Shown one piece after another: positions 7,452-17,559 of a DNA stretch of 35,868 nucleotides. The translations under genes were made by a program, and so were the position numbers. Location of the stretch: the NCBI GenBank assembly GCA_019058015.1, contig JAHLWH010000032.1, forward strand, positions 1 through 35,868. The letters are read 5' to 3'. The notes beneath the pieces are model-generated. The model was not told where the DNA came from. It saw nothing but the letters and a program-made list of their open reading frames with translations, and did not search any database. The stretch's first letter is position 1. Every line of letters begins with the position of its first letter. This DNA is from Promethearchaeota archaeon (GTDB lineage: Archaea > Asgardarchaeota > Lokiarchaeia > Sigyniarchaeales > SOKP01).

Positions 7452-10400
7452 TTGATTGAGCACAATAACATGGCAAAGGTAAAAGATAATTTGGCCTATC
7501 CGTATGTAACGGTATTCAAAAAGAAGCCGTTTAGATCATTTACTTTTGCCATAGATGACGATATAGGAAGTTTTTTTATACCTGAATATGATAAGATTGT
7601 GAAAATTTTTCGGTTTTTTGAAAAAAATTTATTAAATTTTAAAAATCTGAATTTAGAGAATATATATTGGTTTCTTTTATTGGGGAAATATTTAAGGGAA
7701 GATATATCTATAAATCTCAAAAAGATCATTAATTTCATAACAGGATGTGAGATTTTTGAAGAAAATTCCCTAGGATTTAAGTTCTCTCCTGAATCTAAAC
7801 AGAGAAAACCGGATAATTGGTCAACTTTTTTTGCTTTAGCCAGTTTAAATTTATTAGGAGAATTAGATGTTTATTTATCTACACATCCAAGAGAAAATAT
7901 AAAAGAAAAGATTATTAATTTTATTTTTAAGACCAGAGATAAAGGGCGTTTTGTTCATTGTTTAAACAAAAATTGTACAATTTGCCAAAAAACAACGCCT
8001 ATTAGAACAAGTTTTTTTGTAATAGAAGCATTAATTCTTCTAGATTTTGATATCAAATTACAACAAAATGTGTTTTTAAAATATTTTAATGATTTAAAAA
8101 AGAAATATTCTATAGTATTTCAATTACTGATTCTTAAATATTTTGATTTAATTTCTGATATCGAGACTAAACACTTAAAATATTTACACCAATTTCAACA
8201 AAATGATGGTGGTTTTAGTTTTAAGGAAAATATTGGAAAAATTAATGAAACATTTTGGATTATTTATGTTTTGGAAAACTATTCCTGGTTGCTTGATTAC
8301 AATCGTGGAAGGATTTATTCTTTTCTCTCAACGAAAATCAAAGGCTTAAATCATGATTATAGTTCATTTAATACCTTGAAATTGATGGATATTTCGAAAA
8401 TTATTTTAATGTGCTCATTTATTTGGTCTAAATTTATTGAAGAAGTTGAGAGAACTGTTTTTAGACATTTTGATATAAATACTTCTTTAGACTTAAATAT
8501 TTTGAAAAAAGAGTTAGGAATAAATGAGGGAATACCAGAAATTCTTAGATATATTAATCAGAAATATTACTTTAATTTAGAGATTTTAGATAATGAAATT
8601 GAATTTAATAATTATTTAAGAAATTTAACCCGAGAAAATGCATATTTAGCTAAATCAGTATATGCGTCGATAAAAAATTCTAGCGTCATCTATTTAAATA
8701 AACTTCTGAATGACTATAAATACAATTACCCAAATAAGCCAAAAAAAATTAGGGATTTGATCCTCCTAATAGAAGATTTAATTTCGCACAACTTTTTCCT
8801 AGGTCGAATTCTTCGGAAAAACATGATTTTTTTTAGTAAATATTATTTATATAAAGACAAATTTATTTATGAAGTAATTAGAATTGATTCTGATATAAAT
8901 AGCGAAGAAATAATTAATGAAAAATTTAAATTGGAGGAAATCAAAACAGATATTTATAATATTATAATTAAATTAAAAGATACACCAAAAAAGATTAAAG
9001 AAGAGATTAAAAGCTTAATACTTGTAAATGAATTCGATTTAGCAAAAGAAAGGTTAAAATACAATGTTAAAAATGCTTTAATGGAAGCCGATTTTTTAAA
9101 TGAAAATATTGAAAATTCCTTTTCTACAGATTTTAAATACATAAATCCAAATTATCAGTTATCCAATGAGATAGTGGAATGGAACAAGAATTATTCGGAA
9201 ATTCGAAGCAAATATTTTAATTTACAAAATTATTTTAATGAAATTTTCAAGGAAAAAGAAAATTTAAAAAATTTCAAATTAATTTTGAATAAATTGGAAG
9301 ACATAATTGACAAAAATGAACAAAAAATTTATTCTTTAATTGATCACTTTAAAAATTTGTTTAGAGAATCCCTAGAGAAATCATATTCTAATGAAATTGT
9401 CCAACAATTATTAAAAGTATGCGAACATCTTAATTTAGAAATCACGAAATTAGATACGCAAATCTATGAAATATCACATAAAATTACTTCTAAAGAAAAA
9501 TCCATTAAAAAAGCTCAAAAGAAGGTTATCTCAAAATGGATATTAATTAAAGAAGATGCAGATACATTTATTGATTATTTCCTAGAAGGATTTAAGATTT
9601 ATGAAAATGATAAAAATGAAATGAAGGAAATAGAACAAAGTACTTCTTTGATGATTAATGAACTCAAAAACACAATTGATTTAATCTTAAAGGAAAAAGA
9701 ATATCAATTAGCACTGGAAATTATTGAAGAGAGAACTGAGAAGCATTTAAATGAAAAATTAGAATTAATCAAAAATTCTCAATCTCAGTTAAAGGAACAT
9801 ATGAAGAGTAAGAGAAAACTTACTCTTCTTCTAAAGAAAATTCAAGAAGATTGGAATAAATTAGAGCAAAAAATAATTGAGAAACTTGACAATTATCGAA
9901 ATTCTATTGAAGATAAAGTTATTCAAGAACGCGAACTTGAGAAATTAAAAGAATTTGACAATTTTATAAAGAGCAATATTTCAATTTTAAAAGAACAATT
10001 AAGAAAGAAAGAAAATGAATGTGCGAAAGATTTAAATTATCAAAAACTTAAAATCGCCAATTTAAACTCTCGAATTGCTGAACTTTCTAAAAAGTATTCA
10101 GATCTCAACGAAAAAGTTAAAGATAAAGTAAAAGAACTTGCTAAAATTGTAGTGGATTTTCAAGAGAAATCAAAGTTATGTATGTTATCATGGAATAAAT
10201 TCATAGATCTATTTAAAAATAATTTGAATGATTTAAAAAATAAATATACAAATGAGATTATAAAACAAGAGATACTATCAACTAGCTCACAATCTAAAAC
10301 AAATCTCATAAAACTAGATGATTTAAAGAAAAAATTAAATCTAAAATGTAATGTGTTGATCGAACGGATCAATGAGATGATAGAAATTACAAAATTAGAT

Positions 10401-11882
10401 GGAGAATTGGATGAAAATGACAAAGAGCTTCTTGTTCACACTGATGATTATTATAAGAATAAACAATTGCGAAATTTTATTGAAAAACAAATAGAGAAAT
10501 TAGGAAATGATTTCGGAAAATTAGTATCTCTATATGAATCTGCAATAAAAAATAAATCTCTTAAACTTAATATTTTAGAAATTCAAAATAGAATAGAAGA
10601 TTTTAATACCCAGCAATTAAATTTAGAAAGAAGTTACCAAAATGAAATTTTAAAAATTGGTATAAATATAAATAGAGATGATTTCTTAGCGAATAGAAAT
10701 TTTTTCAATACTGAACTTAATAGATATAGGGATATTATTGATGAAATTAACAAAAATACAATACTTTTTAATCAACTTGTAAATTTCATCGGTGGAGAAT
10801 TCAACCCTTTAAGAATCCAATTACGGGAATTAAATAAATCCTTTCAAGATGAATCTGAAAAAACAAATGATTACGATAAACTATTAAATAATTTTAGCGG
10901 TAAAATCTTAGAATTATCTGAAACTACAAATATTTCTTTCAATGAGATTGAGCAAGGAATTAGTACCACGATGATTAAGAATGAAAGTTTAAAAATATCA
11001 AATTCTGAAATTCGAGAAGTACTCGTTTTTATGAAAAACCAATTTAATAAAGAATTTGAAGAATTTAAGGAAAATGTATCAAAAAAATTTGATTTGATTA
11101 AAAACGACGCTTTAAAAAAGAATTTGATGCAATTTATAAATAGAAATCAGATTTTACTTAATCAAATGCTTGGATCCTTAGAACGAAAAGTTGAAGATAA
11201 ACTAGAAATTAAAGATTTTAAATCTACAAGTATTATGGTTCAAAGAAGAGTAAAAAAAATACGAGAAAAATTAAAATATATTGAAAATGAAACCTCTAGA
11301 CTTAAAAAAGAATTTAAAAAATCATCTCCTACATTCAATACAAAAAATAAATTTCTTTTTGACGATTTTAAACATTTTCTGCATGAGTATAATGAGATAA
11401 TTAATGAGAAAATTAAAAAATTAGAGCAATTAATACTTAAAAGTTATATTACAATTGTTATTAAGGCGGTTAAAGACGAATATATAACAATATCTTTTTT
11501 GGCACACGAACTTAAAATTAAAAAAGATAAAATCCAAACATATATTATCACTTTGATTGGTGATAATGATTTACCAGGAAAATATGACCCTGAAATTCAG
11601 TTATATTATGAGAATCTTGAAATTATTAATAATTTAAATCCTGCTAAGTTAAAAGTTATTAAAACCACCAACTTCAGATTTTATGAGATTCTTAATAGAT
11701 TAAGATTCATTGCCAGCCAATATGGATCAGTTATATCTTTAATAGCTGCTTTATTTACAATTTCTATAGCCCTTAATAATTTAACAGGAGGAAACCCTTT
11801 AATAGTGTTTTTTCCGTTAATAATTACAGCTGTTATTATTTTATATCTCTTATTAAGAAAGCAAAAAGAAGAGAAAATATGA
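7452..11882 (+). CDS. Large membrane-anchored protein: prenyltransferase/squalene-cyclase-like alpha barrel, winged-helix/PCI-like modules, long coiled coils, 2 C-terminal TM helices
   Basis: GFKFSP..PDNWSTFFALASL and QFQQNDGGFS...TFWIIYVL (prenyltransferase repeats). PCI-like ends LIKLDDLKKKLNL...LDGELD and YITISFLAHELKI...LPGKYD. Hydrophobic hairpin plus basic tail at the C-terminus. Alternative start ATG 7470. Confidence 0.7.
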   Translation: MIEHNNMAKVKDNLAYPYVTVFKKKPFRSFTFAIDDDIGSFFIPEYDKIVKIFRFFEKNLLNFKNLNLENIYWFLLLGKYLREDISINLKKIINFITGCEIFEENSLGFKFSPESKQRKPDNWSTFFALASLNLLGELDVYLSTHPRENIKEKIINFIFKTRDKGRFVHCLNKNCTICQKTTPIRTSFFVIEALILLDFDIKLQQNVFLKYFNDLKKKYSIVFQLLILKYFDLISDIETKHLKYLHQFQQNDGGFSFKENIGKINETFWIIYVLENYSWLLDYNRGRIYSFLSTKIKGLNHDYSSFNTLKLMDISKIILMCSFIWSKFIEEVERTVFRHFDINTSLDLNILKKELGINEGIPEILRYINQKYYFNLEILDNEIEFNNYLRNLTRENAYLAKSVYASIKNSSVIYLNKLLNDYKYNYPNKPKKIRDLILLIEDLISHNFFLGRILRKNMIFFSKYYLYKDKFIYEVIRIDSDINSEEIINEKFKLEEIKTDIYNIIIKLKDTPKKIKEEIKSLILVNEFDLAKERLKYNVKNALMEADFLNENIENSFSTDFKYINPNYQLSNEIVEWNKNYSEIRSKYFNLQNYFNEIFKEKENLKNFKLILNKLEDIIDKNEQKIYSLIDHFKNLFRESLEKSYSNEIVQQLLKVCEHLNLEITKLDTQIYEISHKITSKEKSIKKAQKKVISKWILIKEDADTFIDYFLEGFKIYENDKNEMKEIEQSTSLMINELKNTIDLILKEKEYQLALEIIEERTEKHLNEKLELIKNSQSQLKEHMKSKRKLTLLLKKIQEDWNKLEQKIIEKLDNYRNSIEDKVIQERELEKLKEFDNFIKSNISILKEQLRKKENECAKDLNYQKLKIANLNSRIAELSKKYSDLNEKVKDKVKELAKIVVDFQEKSKLCMLSWNKFIDLFKNNLNDLKNKYTNEIIKQEILSTSSQSKTNLIKLDDLKKKLNLKCNVLIERINEMIEITKLDGELDENDKELLVHTDDYYKNKQLRNFIEKQIEKLGNDFGKLVSLYESAIKNKSLKLNILEIQNRIEDFNTQQLNLERSYQNEILKIGININRDDFLANRNFFNTELNRYRDIIDEINKNTILFNQLVNFIGGEFNPLRIQLRELNKSFQDESEKTNDYDKLLNNFSGKILELSETTNISFNEIEQGISTTMIKNESLKISNSEIREVLVFMKNQFNKEFEEFKENVSKKFDLIKNDALKKNLMQFINRNQILLNQMLGSLERKVEDKLEIKDFKSTSIMVQRRVKKIREKLKYIENETSRLKKEFKKSSPTFNTKNKFLFDDFKHFLHEYNEIINEKIKKLEQLILKSYITIVIKAVKDEYITISFLAHELKIKKDKIQTYIITLIGDNDLPGKYDPEIQLYYENLEIINNLNPAKLKVIKTTNFRFYEILNRLRFIASQYGSVISLIAALFTISIALNNLTGGNPLIVFFPLIITAVIILYLLLRKQKEEKI

Positions 11883-11972
11883 ATGATTAAGTAATATTTT
11901 TAAACAAGTTATGAGGATTTTTTATTAATAAATAATAATAATATTTAACAAAAATTTTGGAAAGAAGCACGA

Positions 11973-12374
11973 ATGAAAGAAGCGAGAATTCTCAATATTG
12001 ATACAAGAGGAAGAATAGTAATTCCAAATATCTTCCGAAAATCGTTAGGGATCGAGGATGCAACCCAAATAATGATAATAGCAGATAGTGAGAAGAAAGA
12101 AATCCGAATCTATCCCGTAGGTTGGAGTGGAGAAAAAGATACCGTTAAATTCAAAATTTATATGAATGATGTTGCGGGTTCATTAGCACTAATTGCAAAA
12201 ACCATAGGTGAATTAAATATCTCTCTTATTTACGGTGAAGCAATCGTTATTGAGAAAGGAAAATTAGCGATATGGAACGTAATTGCACCCATTCCTGAGG
12301 GTTTAAATATTGATAATATAATTGAAACATTAATTCAAAGAGGAAATGCTCAGAAAATTGAGATAATTGAATAA
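11973..12374 (+). CDS. AbrB/MazE/SpoVT DNA-binding domain + ACT domain regulator
   Basis: IDTRGRIVIP..FRKSLGI (AbrB fold); KIYMNDVAGSLALIAKTIGELNISL (ACT). Confidence 0.8.
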   Translation: MKEARILNIDTRGRIVIPNIFRKSLGIEDATQIMIIADSEKKEIRIYPVGWSGEKDTVKFKIYMNDVAGSLALIAKTIGELNISLIYGEAIVIEKGKLAIWNVIAPIPEGLNIDNIIETLIQRGNAQKIEIIE

Positions 12375-12462
12375 TAAACAAGCGTTAAAATAAAAAATAC
12401 AAAATATGATTATATCAATAGAGTATTTTTTTTAAAGAATTATAACAAAATTATGAATTATT

Positions 12463-13146
12463 ATGGCTAAGAAGAAGATTAAAAAAGAAAAATTAGAAAA
12501 GGATGAAGATTTAAGTGAGCCAGAAGCTAAACAAGATGGACTTAGTTTTTTAGAGACTGCTTTGAAAAAAAGTAAAGATAGCAAAAAAGCTTTAGAAGAA
12601 TTTATGCTAGGAAAAGCAGAGTCAAAAACTGAAGAAACTGCAAATAAGGAATATGATAATATCGAGATAACCCCACAATTGACATCTGAAACCAGTCAGG
12701 ATGATAAAACGACTTCTGAGGAGTCGGGTATAAAGATCGAGGTTTTGGAGGATTTTAAAGAAATTGAAGATTTATCAACAACACCTCATAGAGAAGAATT
12801 GGATTTATATGAGAAAATGAGTGGTTTTTTTAATGAATTATTTAATAGTTTTAGTGATAGATACACAAGATGGGAGAATTCTACTGGAAAGATTTTATCT
12901 ATTTTACGAAAAATGAGAAAAATAACAAAAAAAAACACAGAACAGCTGATAAATTCAATAGAAAATTTACTTGCAAAAACACAAAAAGGATTAATTGATT
13001 TTAAAATAAAGCGCAACGAAATCGAAAAAATTTCAAACACTAATTTTGGGCTAATTTCGAAAGATTTTAAAAAAATATTAGGCCTTTTAGAATTACAGAT
13101 TCAAGAATATCAATTAAAAAAAGAAGTTTCAGATCTTTTTCCTTAG
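12463..13146 (+). CDS. Hypothetical protein, acidic low-complexity N-terminus + coiled coil
   Basis: 227-aa ORF with host-like codon usage. Confidence 0.7.
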   Translation: MAKKKIKKEKLEKDEDLSEPEAKQDGLSFLETALKKSKDSKKALEEFMLGKAESKTEETANKEYDNIEITPQLTSETSQDDKTTSEESGIKIEVLEDFKEIEDLSTTPHREELDLYEKMSGFFNELFNSFSDRYTRWENSTGKILSILRKMRKITKKNTEQLINSIENLLAKTQKGLIDFKIKRNEIEKISNTNFGLISKDFKKILGLLELQIQEYQLKKEVSDLFP

Positions 13147-13168
13147 ACCACCATAATAGAGCAGATTC

Positions 13169-13786
13169 TTGAATTTTATCCAATATTTCAGTAAATCTTC
13201 TTTCGTTGACCATATGGAATATTACATACAAGAAAATTTAACACGAGAAAATGTTTTAAATAATATAATCTCAGGCACTAATAACATCATTCATATCATT
13301 GGAAATTTATTTTATTCAACCGAGAATCCAAAAAATAGTTATTTTATTACTAATGATTATCAATCAGTTTCTATTTCAGATATTAATTATGCTATAAAAA
13401 AGACTACTACTACAAAAAAACCATTCATTTTCTTTAATGTACGTATTTTCAATCTTTTGGAAGATCAATTACCATCAATTTTAAAGATTATTTCTAAGAT
13501 AATTCAAAATTTCGATCAAAACGAGATAACTGGAATTATTGTAAGAATTTTATACGATTTTAACGATAATACAAGGCAATTAATTTCAAATATATATAAT
13601 AATCTGATTGATGGGTTTAGTCAAGGAATTTCTGTATTGAAAGCACGACAAAAAATTCTTCTAAATAATATTGTGCCAAATGCTGACCAAAAAGATATAG
13701 ATATGCATCAAGACATGAATGTAGAATCAATCATCGCCCTTAATTCATTTCTTCTTTTTGGAAAACCCTGGAGAATGCTCGAATAA
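13169..13786 (+). CDS. Degenerate CHAT (caspase-HetF) domain protein, predicted inactive; start uncertain
   Basis: IIHIIGN ~ HFAGH; PFIFFNV ~ LVFLNAC; IYNNLIDG..QGISVLKARQ ~ FY..L..G..GEAL..AR; FLLFGKP ~ FVLYGDP. Confidence 0.6.
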   Translation: MNFIQYFSKSSFVDHMEYYIQENLTRENVLNNIISGTNNIIHIIGNLFYSTENPKNSYFITNDYQSVSISDINYAIKKTTTTKKPFIFFNVRIFNLLEDQLPSILKIISKIIQNFDQNEITGIIVRILYDFNDNTRQLISNIYNNLIDGFSQGISVLKARQKILLNNIVPNADQKDIDMHQDMNVESIIALNSFLLFGKPWRMLE

Positions 13787-13869
13787 ATTATTAACCATAG
13801 AAAGAAAAATAATTTAAATATCCAAAATTATTAAAACATAATAAATAAAATAAAAGCAAGGAAATTCGT

Positions 13870-14400
13870 ATGGATAGAATATCACAATTAAGACTAGAAA
13901 ATACTAAACTAAGAGATAAGGTAAATGAACTCGAACAAAAAATTATCTCCATTGTCGGTCTAATTCAACTTTTTCCTTCCGGAATTGAAGGTAAAAAAGA
14001 AGCACTAAATGAGAAAATTTTATCAGTTATAAATTCAACTGTATCTAGTTTAAAAATAATAACCCCTAAAATTGGACCTTTCTATTCTGAAAAAATTTTA
14101 AGTGTAGCTAAAAAGGGAATCCCTGTGCTTATGATAATTAATGACAGAAGATTTATACCACAAGAATTTCAACAATACTACGATGATTTAAAAACAAAAT
14201 CCAATGTAAGTATTGTGAATAACCCTGTTGTAAAATATCTCTTAGTCATGAATGAAAAAGAAGTTTTATTCAGTGCAGCATCCTTAGTCAAAAAAGAATT
14301 ATCTAATTCTATTTTAATAGGAACTCTTGTAAAAGAAAAAAATAAATTATTGAGAATTGAACAGATCGTCTCGAATATGCTTCCATCCTTTATGAGATAA
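13870..14400 (+). CDS. Coiled coil + PLD-like fold lacking the HxKxxxxD motif
   Basis: LKIITPKI...VAKKGIPVLMII...VKYLLVMNEKEVLFSAASL aligns with PLD (LxIxSPY...RGVxVxII...HAKxxIxD...GSANL). Confidence 0.6.
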   Translation: MDRISQLRLENTKLRDKVNELEQKIISIVGLIQLFPSGIEGKKEALNEKILSVINSTVSSLKIITPKIGPFYSEKILSVAKKGIPVLMIINDRRFIPQEFQQYYDDLKTKSNVSIVNNPVVKYLLVMNEKEVLFSAASLVKKELSNSILIGTLVKEKNKLLRIEQIVSNMLPSFMR

Positions 14401-14525
14401 TGCCAGTAATAAAAGATTTTCAAAACACATCATTTAATTCCTAAATTAAAATTAATAATTTTATCTGTTTTTATTAGGAACAAGATTTATTTATATATTA
14501 AAGCAAACTTTAATTCAATTCTACT

Positions 14526-16724
14526 ATGAACTCAATTATAGATTCAAGAAAACTCTCAACATTGTTTGGAATTAAATCTGCTTTTTTTCAAAATTCAATT
14601 AAATACTTAAATCAATCAAAAAGAAAATCAAGAAAAGCTTATGATTTTTATTTTAACAAATGGAAGAAATCTTTTGGAAAATTATATAAATCACAAAATC
14701 TTACACACCAACTATTCCTAAACCATACATATCTATATTATTTAGTAAAGACCATTATTTTACATTTCATAGAGAGACAATTACAAAATATTCAAGAAAA
14801 AAATAAAACAAAAGACGTATTTAATAAAAAATTAAAGCATTTAAAAATAAATGAGATATTCAATTGGCTTTCCAATGCTGATTCATTTACTAACTTAATC
14901 GTAGATCAAATAAGGAATTATAAAATTTCAAATGAAGATTTATTTTTTCATATTTATCAAGAAATTATTGATCCATCTGCTCGACATGAAAGAGGAGAGT
15001 ATTACACTCCAAAAAACCTAGCTAGATTGATGATTGAAGATGCTTATTCATTAGGCATGAAAGTTCTTGATTGTTCATGTGGATCAGGTATGTTTTTAAT
15101 GGAATTAATAAAAATAATATTAAATTCTACTAAAAGTAATAAAGAGAAAATAAAAGATTTAAATAATATTTACGGATTAGACATAAACCCAATAGCAATT
15201 TTAGTAACTACTGCAAATTTCCTTTTAAATATTCAAGATATATATAAAAAATTAGAGGCCTTTTTACCTGCCATTAACGTTTATCGATTTGATCCATTAA
15301 ATCCAACAGATGATTTTCTATTTCCTTATCAAGATTTTAAAAATAAATTTGATTTAATAATTGGAAACCCTCCTTGGTTAACATATAAAGATGTAAATGA
15401 TAAAAAATATCAAATTATTCTTAGAAATTTAGCAGATAGTTTAGGAATAAAACCTCAGAGTCAATATATTACTCATATCGAGCTAGCTTCATTATTTTTT
15501 TACCAGACTCCCAAATTATTTCTAAAAAATAATGGGACAATTTTTTTAATCTTAACTAAAAGCGTCTTAACCGGTGGTCACTGCTTTAAATTTCGAGCTT
15601 TCAAGTTTTTCTATGATTTAGAAATCTGGGATTTTGAACAATATACTTTTTTTAATATGGATTTCATAATACTCAAATCAAAATTTGATTATTCCCAAAA
15701 TAAGATTAATGGTATATCTAAAACTTTAATTGAAAGTAAATATCCAATTCCTACAAAAATATTTGACCAAAATTTGAATTTAATTAAAGAAACCAATTAT
15801 TTCTCAGTTGAGATAAGCAAACAAGGTGCAAAATCTATTATTCCAAGTGAGCAATACGATAATTTAATTAAGATATCAACAAGTTGTTATAAAAAAAGGT
15901 TCTTTCAAGGAGCTACATTAGTCCCTCGAGCTTTAACTTATTTTACCATAGCTGGTGTTCAAGAAACTGATAATATTTTAATGATCTCTCCTGACATAAA
16001 CTCCATAAAACAAGCCAAACCACCTTGGAATAAAATTTTTTTTAAAGAAGAATTAATTGAAAATCATTTTCGTTTTAAAACATTTTTAAATAAAGATCTC
16101 GTTCCATTTGGCATAAAAAAAAGAAGAAATATCTTTCTTCCCGTTAACGAGAAATTAAATTTTTCTAAGAAATACCTTGAAAAACTTCCTTACGGAGAAA
16201 AGTTTTATAAAAAAATTAATAATTCCTACAAGAAATTCAAGAAAGGAACAAGCAATATTAACACCCTTTTTGATAATCTAAACTATTGGAATAAATTAAG
16301 CAAACAAAATTTAAATAAAAAATATTTAGTAGTTTACAATGCAAGCGGTTCCAAAATAAAATCTGCAGTAATTAATAACGAGAAAGAAAAAATCATTATT
16401 TGTTCTGAAAATTATTATTTCTCAACTAATAACAAGGAAGAAGCCTATTATTTAACAAGTATTTTAAATGCACCTATCCTCAGTGAAAACATCAAGATTG
16501 TAAAAAGCAGTCGGCATATTCACAAACGACCATTTGATTTTCCTATTCCTAAATTTGATTCCAACAATTCCAATCATCAAAAACTATCGAAGATTGGAAT
16601 GAAAGCAGAAAAAAAAGTAAATGTTATTGTCCAAAAAGATGAAAAAATTAGTGTAATAAAAGTGAAAGAAAAGATTAGCAATATTCTAGATGAAATAAAT
16701 AAAATTGTTCAAAAAATAATCTAA
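14526..16724 (+). CDS. N6-adenine DNA methyltransferase (gamma class, Eco57I/type IIG-like M + TRD, no nuclease domain evident)
   Basis: GEYYTP, VLDCSCGSGMFL (motif I), GLDINP, IIGNPPW (motif IV), long C-terminal TRD-like region. Confidence 0.9.
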   Translation: MNSIIDSRKLSTLFGIKSAFFQNSIKYLNQSKRKSRKAYDFYFNKWKKSFGKLYKSQNLTHQLFLNHTYLYYLVKTIILHFIERQLQNIQEKNKTKDVFNKKLKHLKINEIFNWLSNADSFTNLIVDQIRNYKISNEDLFFHIYQEIIDPSARHERGEYYTPKNLARLMIEDAYSLGMKVLDCSCGSGMFLMELIKIILNSTKSNKEKIKDLNNIYGLDINPIAILVTTANFLLNIQDIYKKLEAFLPAINVYRFDPLNPTDDFLFPYQDFKNKFDLIIGNPPWLTYKDVNDKKYQIILRNLADSLGIKPQSQYITHIELASLFFYQTPKLFLKNNGTIFLILTKSVLTGGHCFKFRAFKFFYDLEIWDFEQYTFFNMDFIILKSKFDYSQNKINGISKTLIESKYPIPTKIFDQNLNLIKETNYFSVEISKQGAKSIIPSEQYDNLIKISTSCYKKRFFQGATLVPRALTYFTIAGVQETDNILMISPDINSIKQAKPPWNKIFFKEELIENHFRFKTFLNKDLVPFGIKKRRNIFLPVNEKLNFSKKYLEKLPYGEKFYKKINNSYKKFKKGTSNINTLFDNLNYWNKLSKQNLNKKYLVVYNASGSKIKSAVINNEKEKIIICSENYYFSTNNKEEAYYLTSILNAPILSENIKIVKSSRHIHKRPFDFPIPKFDSNNSNHQKLSKIGMKAEKKVNVIVQKDEKISVIKVKEKISNILDEINKIVQKII

Positions 16725-16749
16725 CTAATTTAAATAGAAAATTGAAAGA

Positions 16750-17370
16750 CTAGGCAGTTTCTTGCTCAGGCATTTCACCCTGAAGCTTCTTATAATGATT
16801 TAATACCCCTTGGCGTGCAGCATAAACAAATCCTCGCTTCACATTAACTCCCGTTATAGCTATCGTCTCATAGATTAGCGTTTGATTTAACTTTGCTTTA
16901 TCAAGTACCTCACGAATTTTATTTATCTCTATAATATCTTCTAAATCCCGTTTATTTGCACAAACAACAAGTGGAACTTCCGCTGGGTCTGAAAAACTTT
17001 TAGAAATTAATCTATCTCCATAAAATTGTAATAATTCTTTTAAACTCCATATATTTTCTTCCCACTGGTCGATTAAACTGTCCCAAAAGAAGAGGATACA
17101 ATCAGTTCCTTTGAGGACCGTTCGTCTCTGGAATTTGTGGCGTCTTTGACCGGCGACGGTATAAACTTGGAACACCACATTGCTTACTCGGGCTACCACT
17201 CTATCAAAGAACAATGTACGACCAGTTGGATCAGCTATCTGTTGCATATCACCTGAAGCAAGTCCCTCTTTCTTGTATACCCACTCTAAGGCAGTTGTTT
17301 TTCCTCCTAAAGATGGACCCCAGAATACAACTTTGAAAACCAGTGTTCCATCCCCGCGACGACTTGGAAT
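16750..17370 (-). CDS. MglA-family small GTPase (206 aa), ATT start
   Basis: G1 GPSLGGKTT (upstream of the ORF-track start), RTLFFD, YTVAGQ (MglA TVPGQ-like G3), NKRD. The frame extends to ATT at 17370-17368, 6 nt after AGGAGAGGA. Confidence 0.88.
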   Translation of the reverse strand: MPSRRGDGTLVFKVVFWGPSLGGKTTALEWVYKKEGLASGDMQQIADPTGRTLFFDRVVARVSNVVFQVYTVAGQRRHKFQRRTVLKGTDCILFFWDSLIDQWEENIWSLKELLQFYGDRLISKSFSDPAEVPLVVCANKRDLEDIIEINKIREVLDKAKLNQTLIYETIAITGVNVKRGFVYAARQGVLNHYKKLQGEMPEQETA

Positions 17371-17559
17371 ATTTAATCCTCTCCTATTAAAAATTTTTTA
17401 TTTATTAATTTTGATAAGTAAGATTGTTATAAAATTTATAAGAATTCTCTTAAATTAATGTTATCTAAATTATATTAATTTAATATTGTTTAAAGTATTT
17501 AAATAATATCTACTAATAAGATATCTCAAAATTTGAGTCTGACGGTTAGGTATCTTCTC

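Noticed and set aside
11973-12374. AbrB-fold gene as a toxin-antitoxin antitoxin
   Set aside because: Fused to an ACT domain and no adjacent toxin; a metabolite-responsive regulator is more likely.
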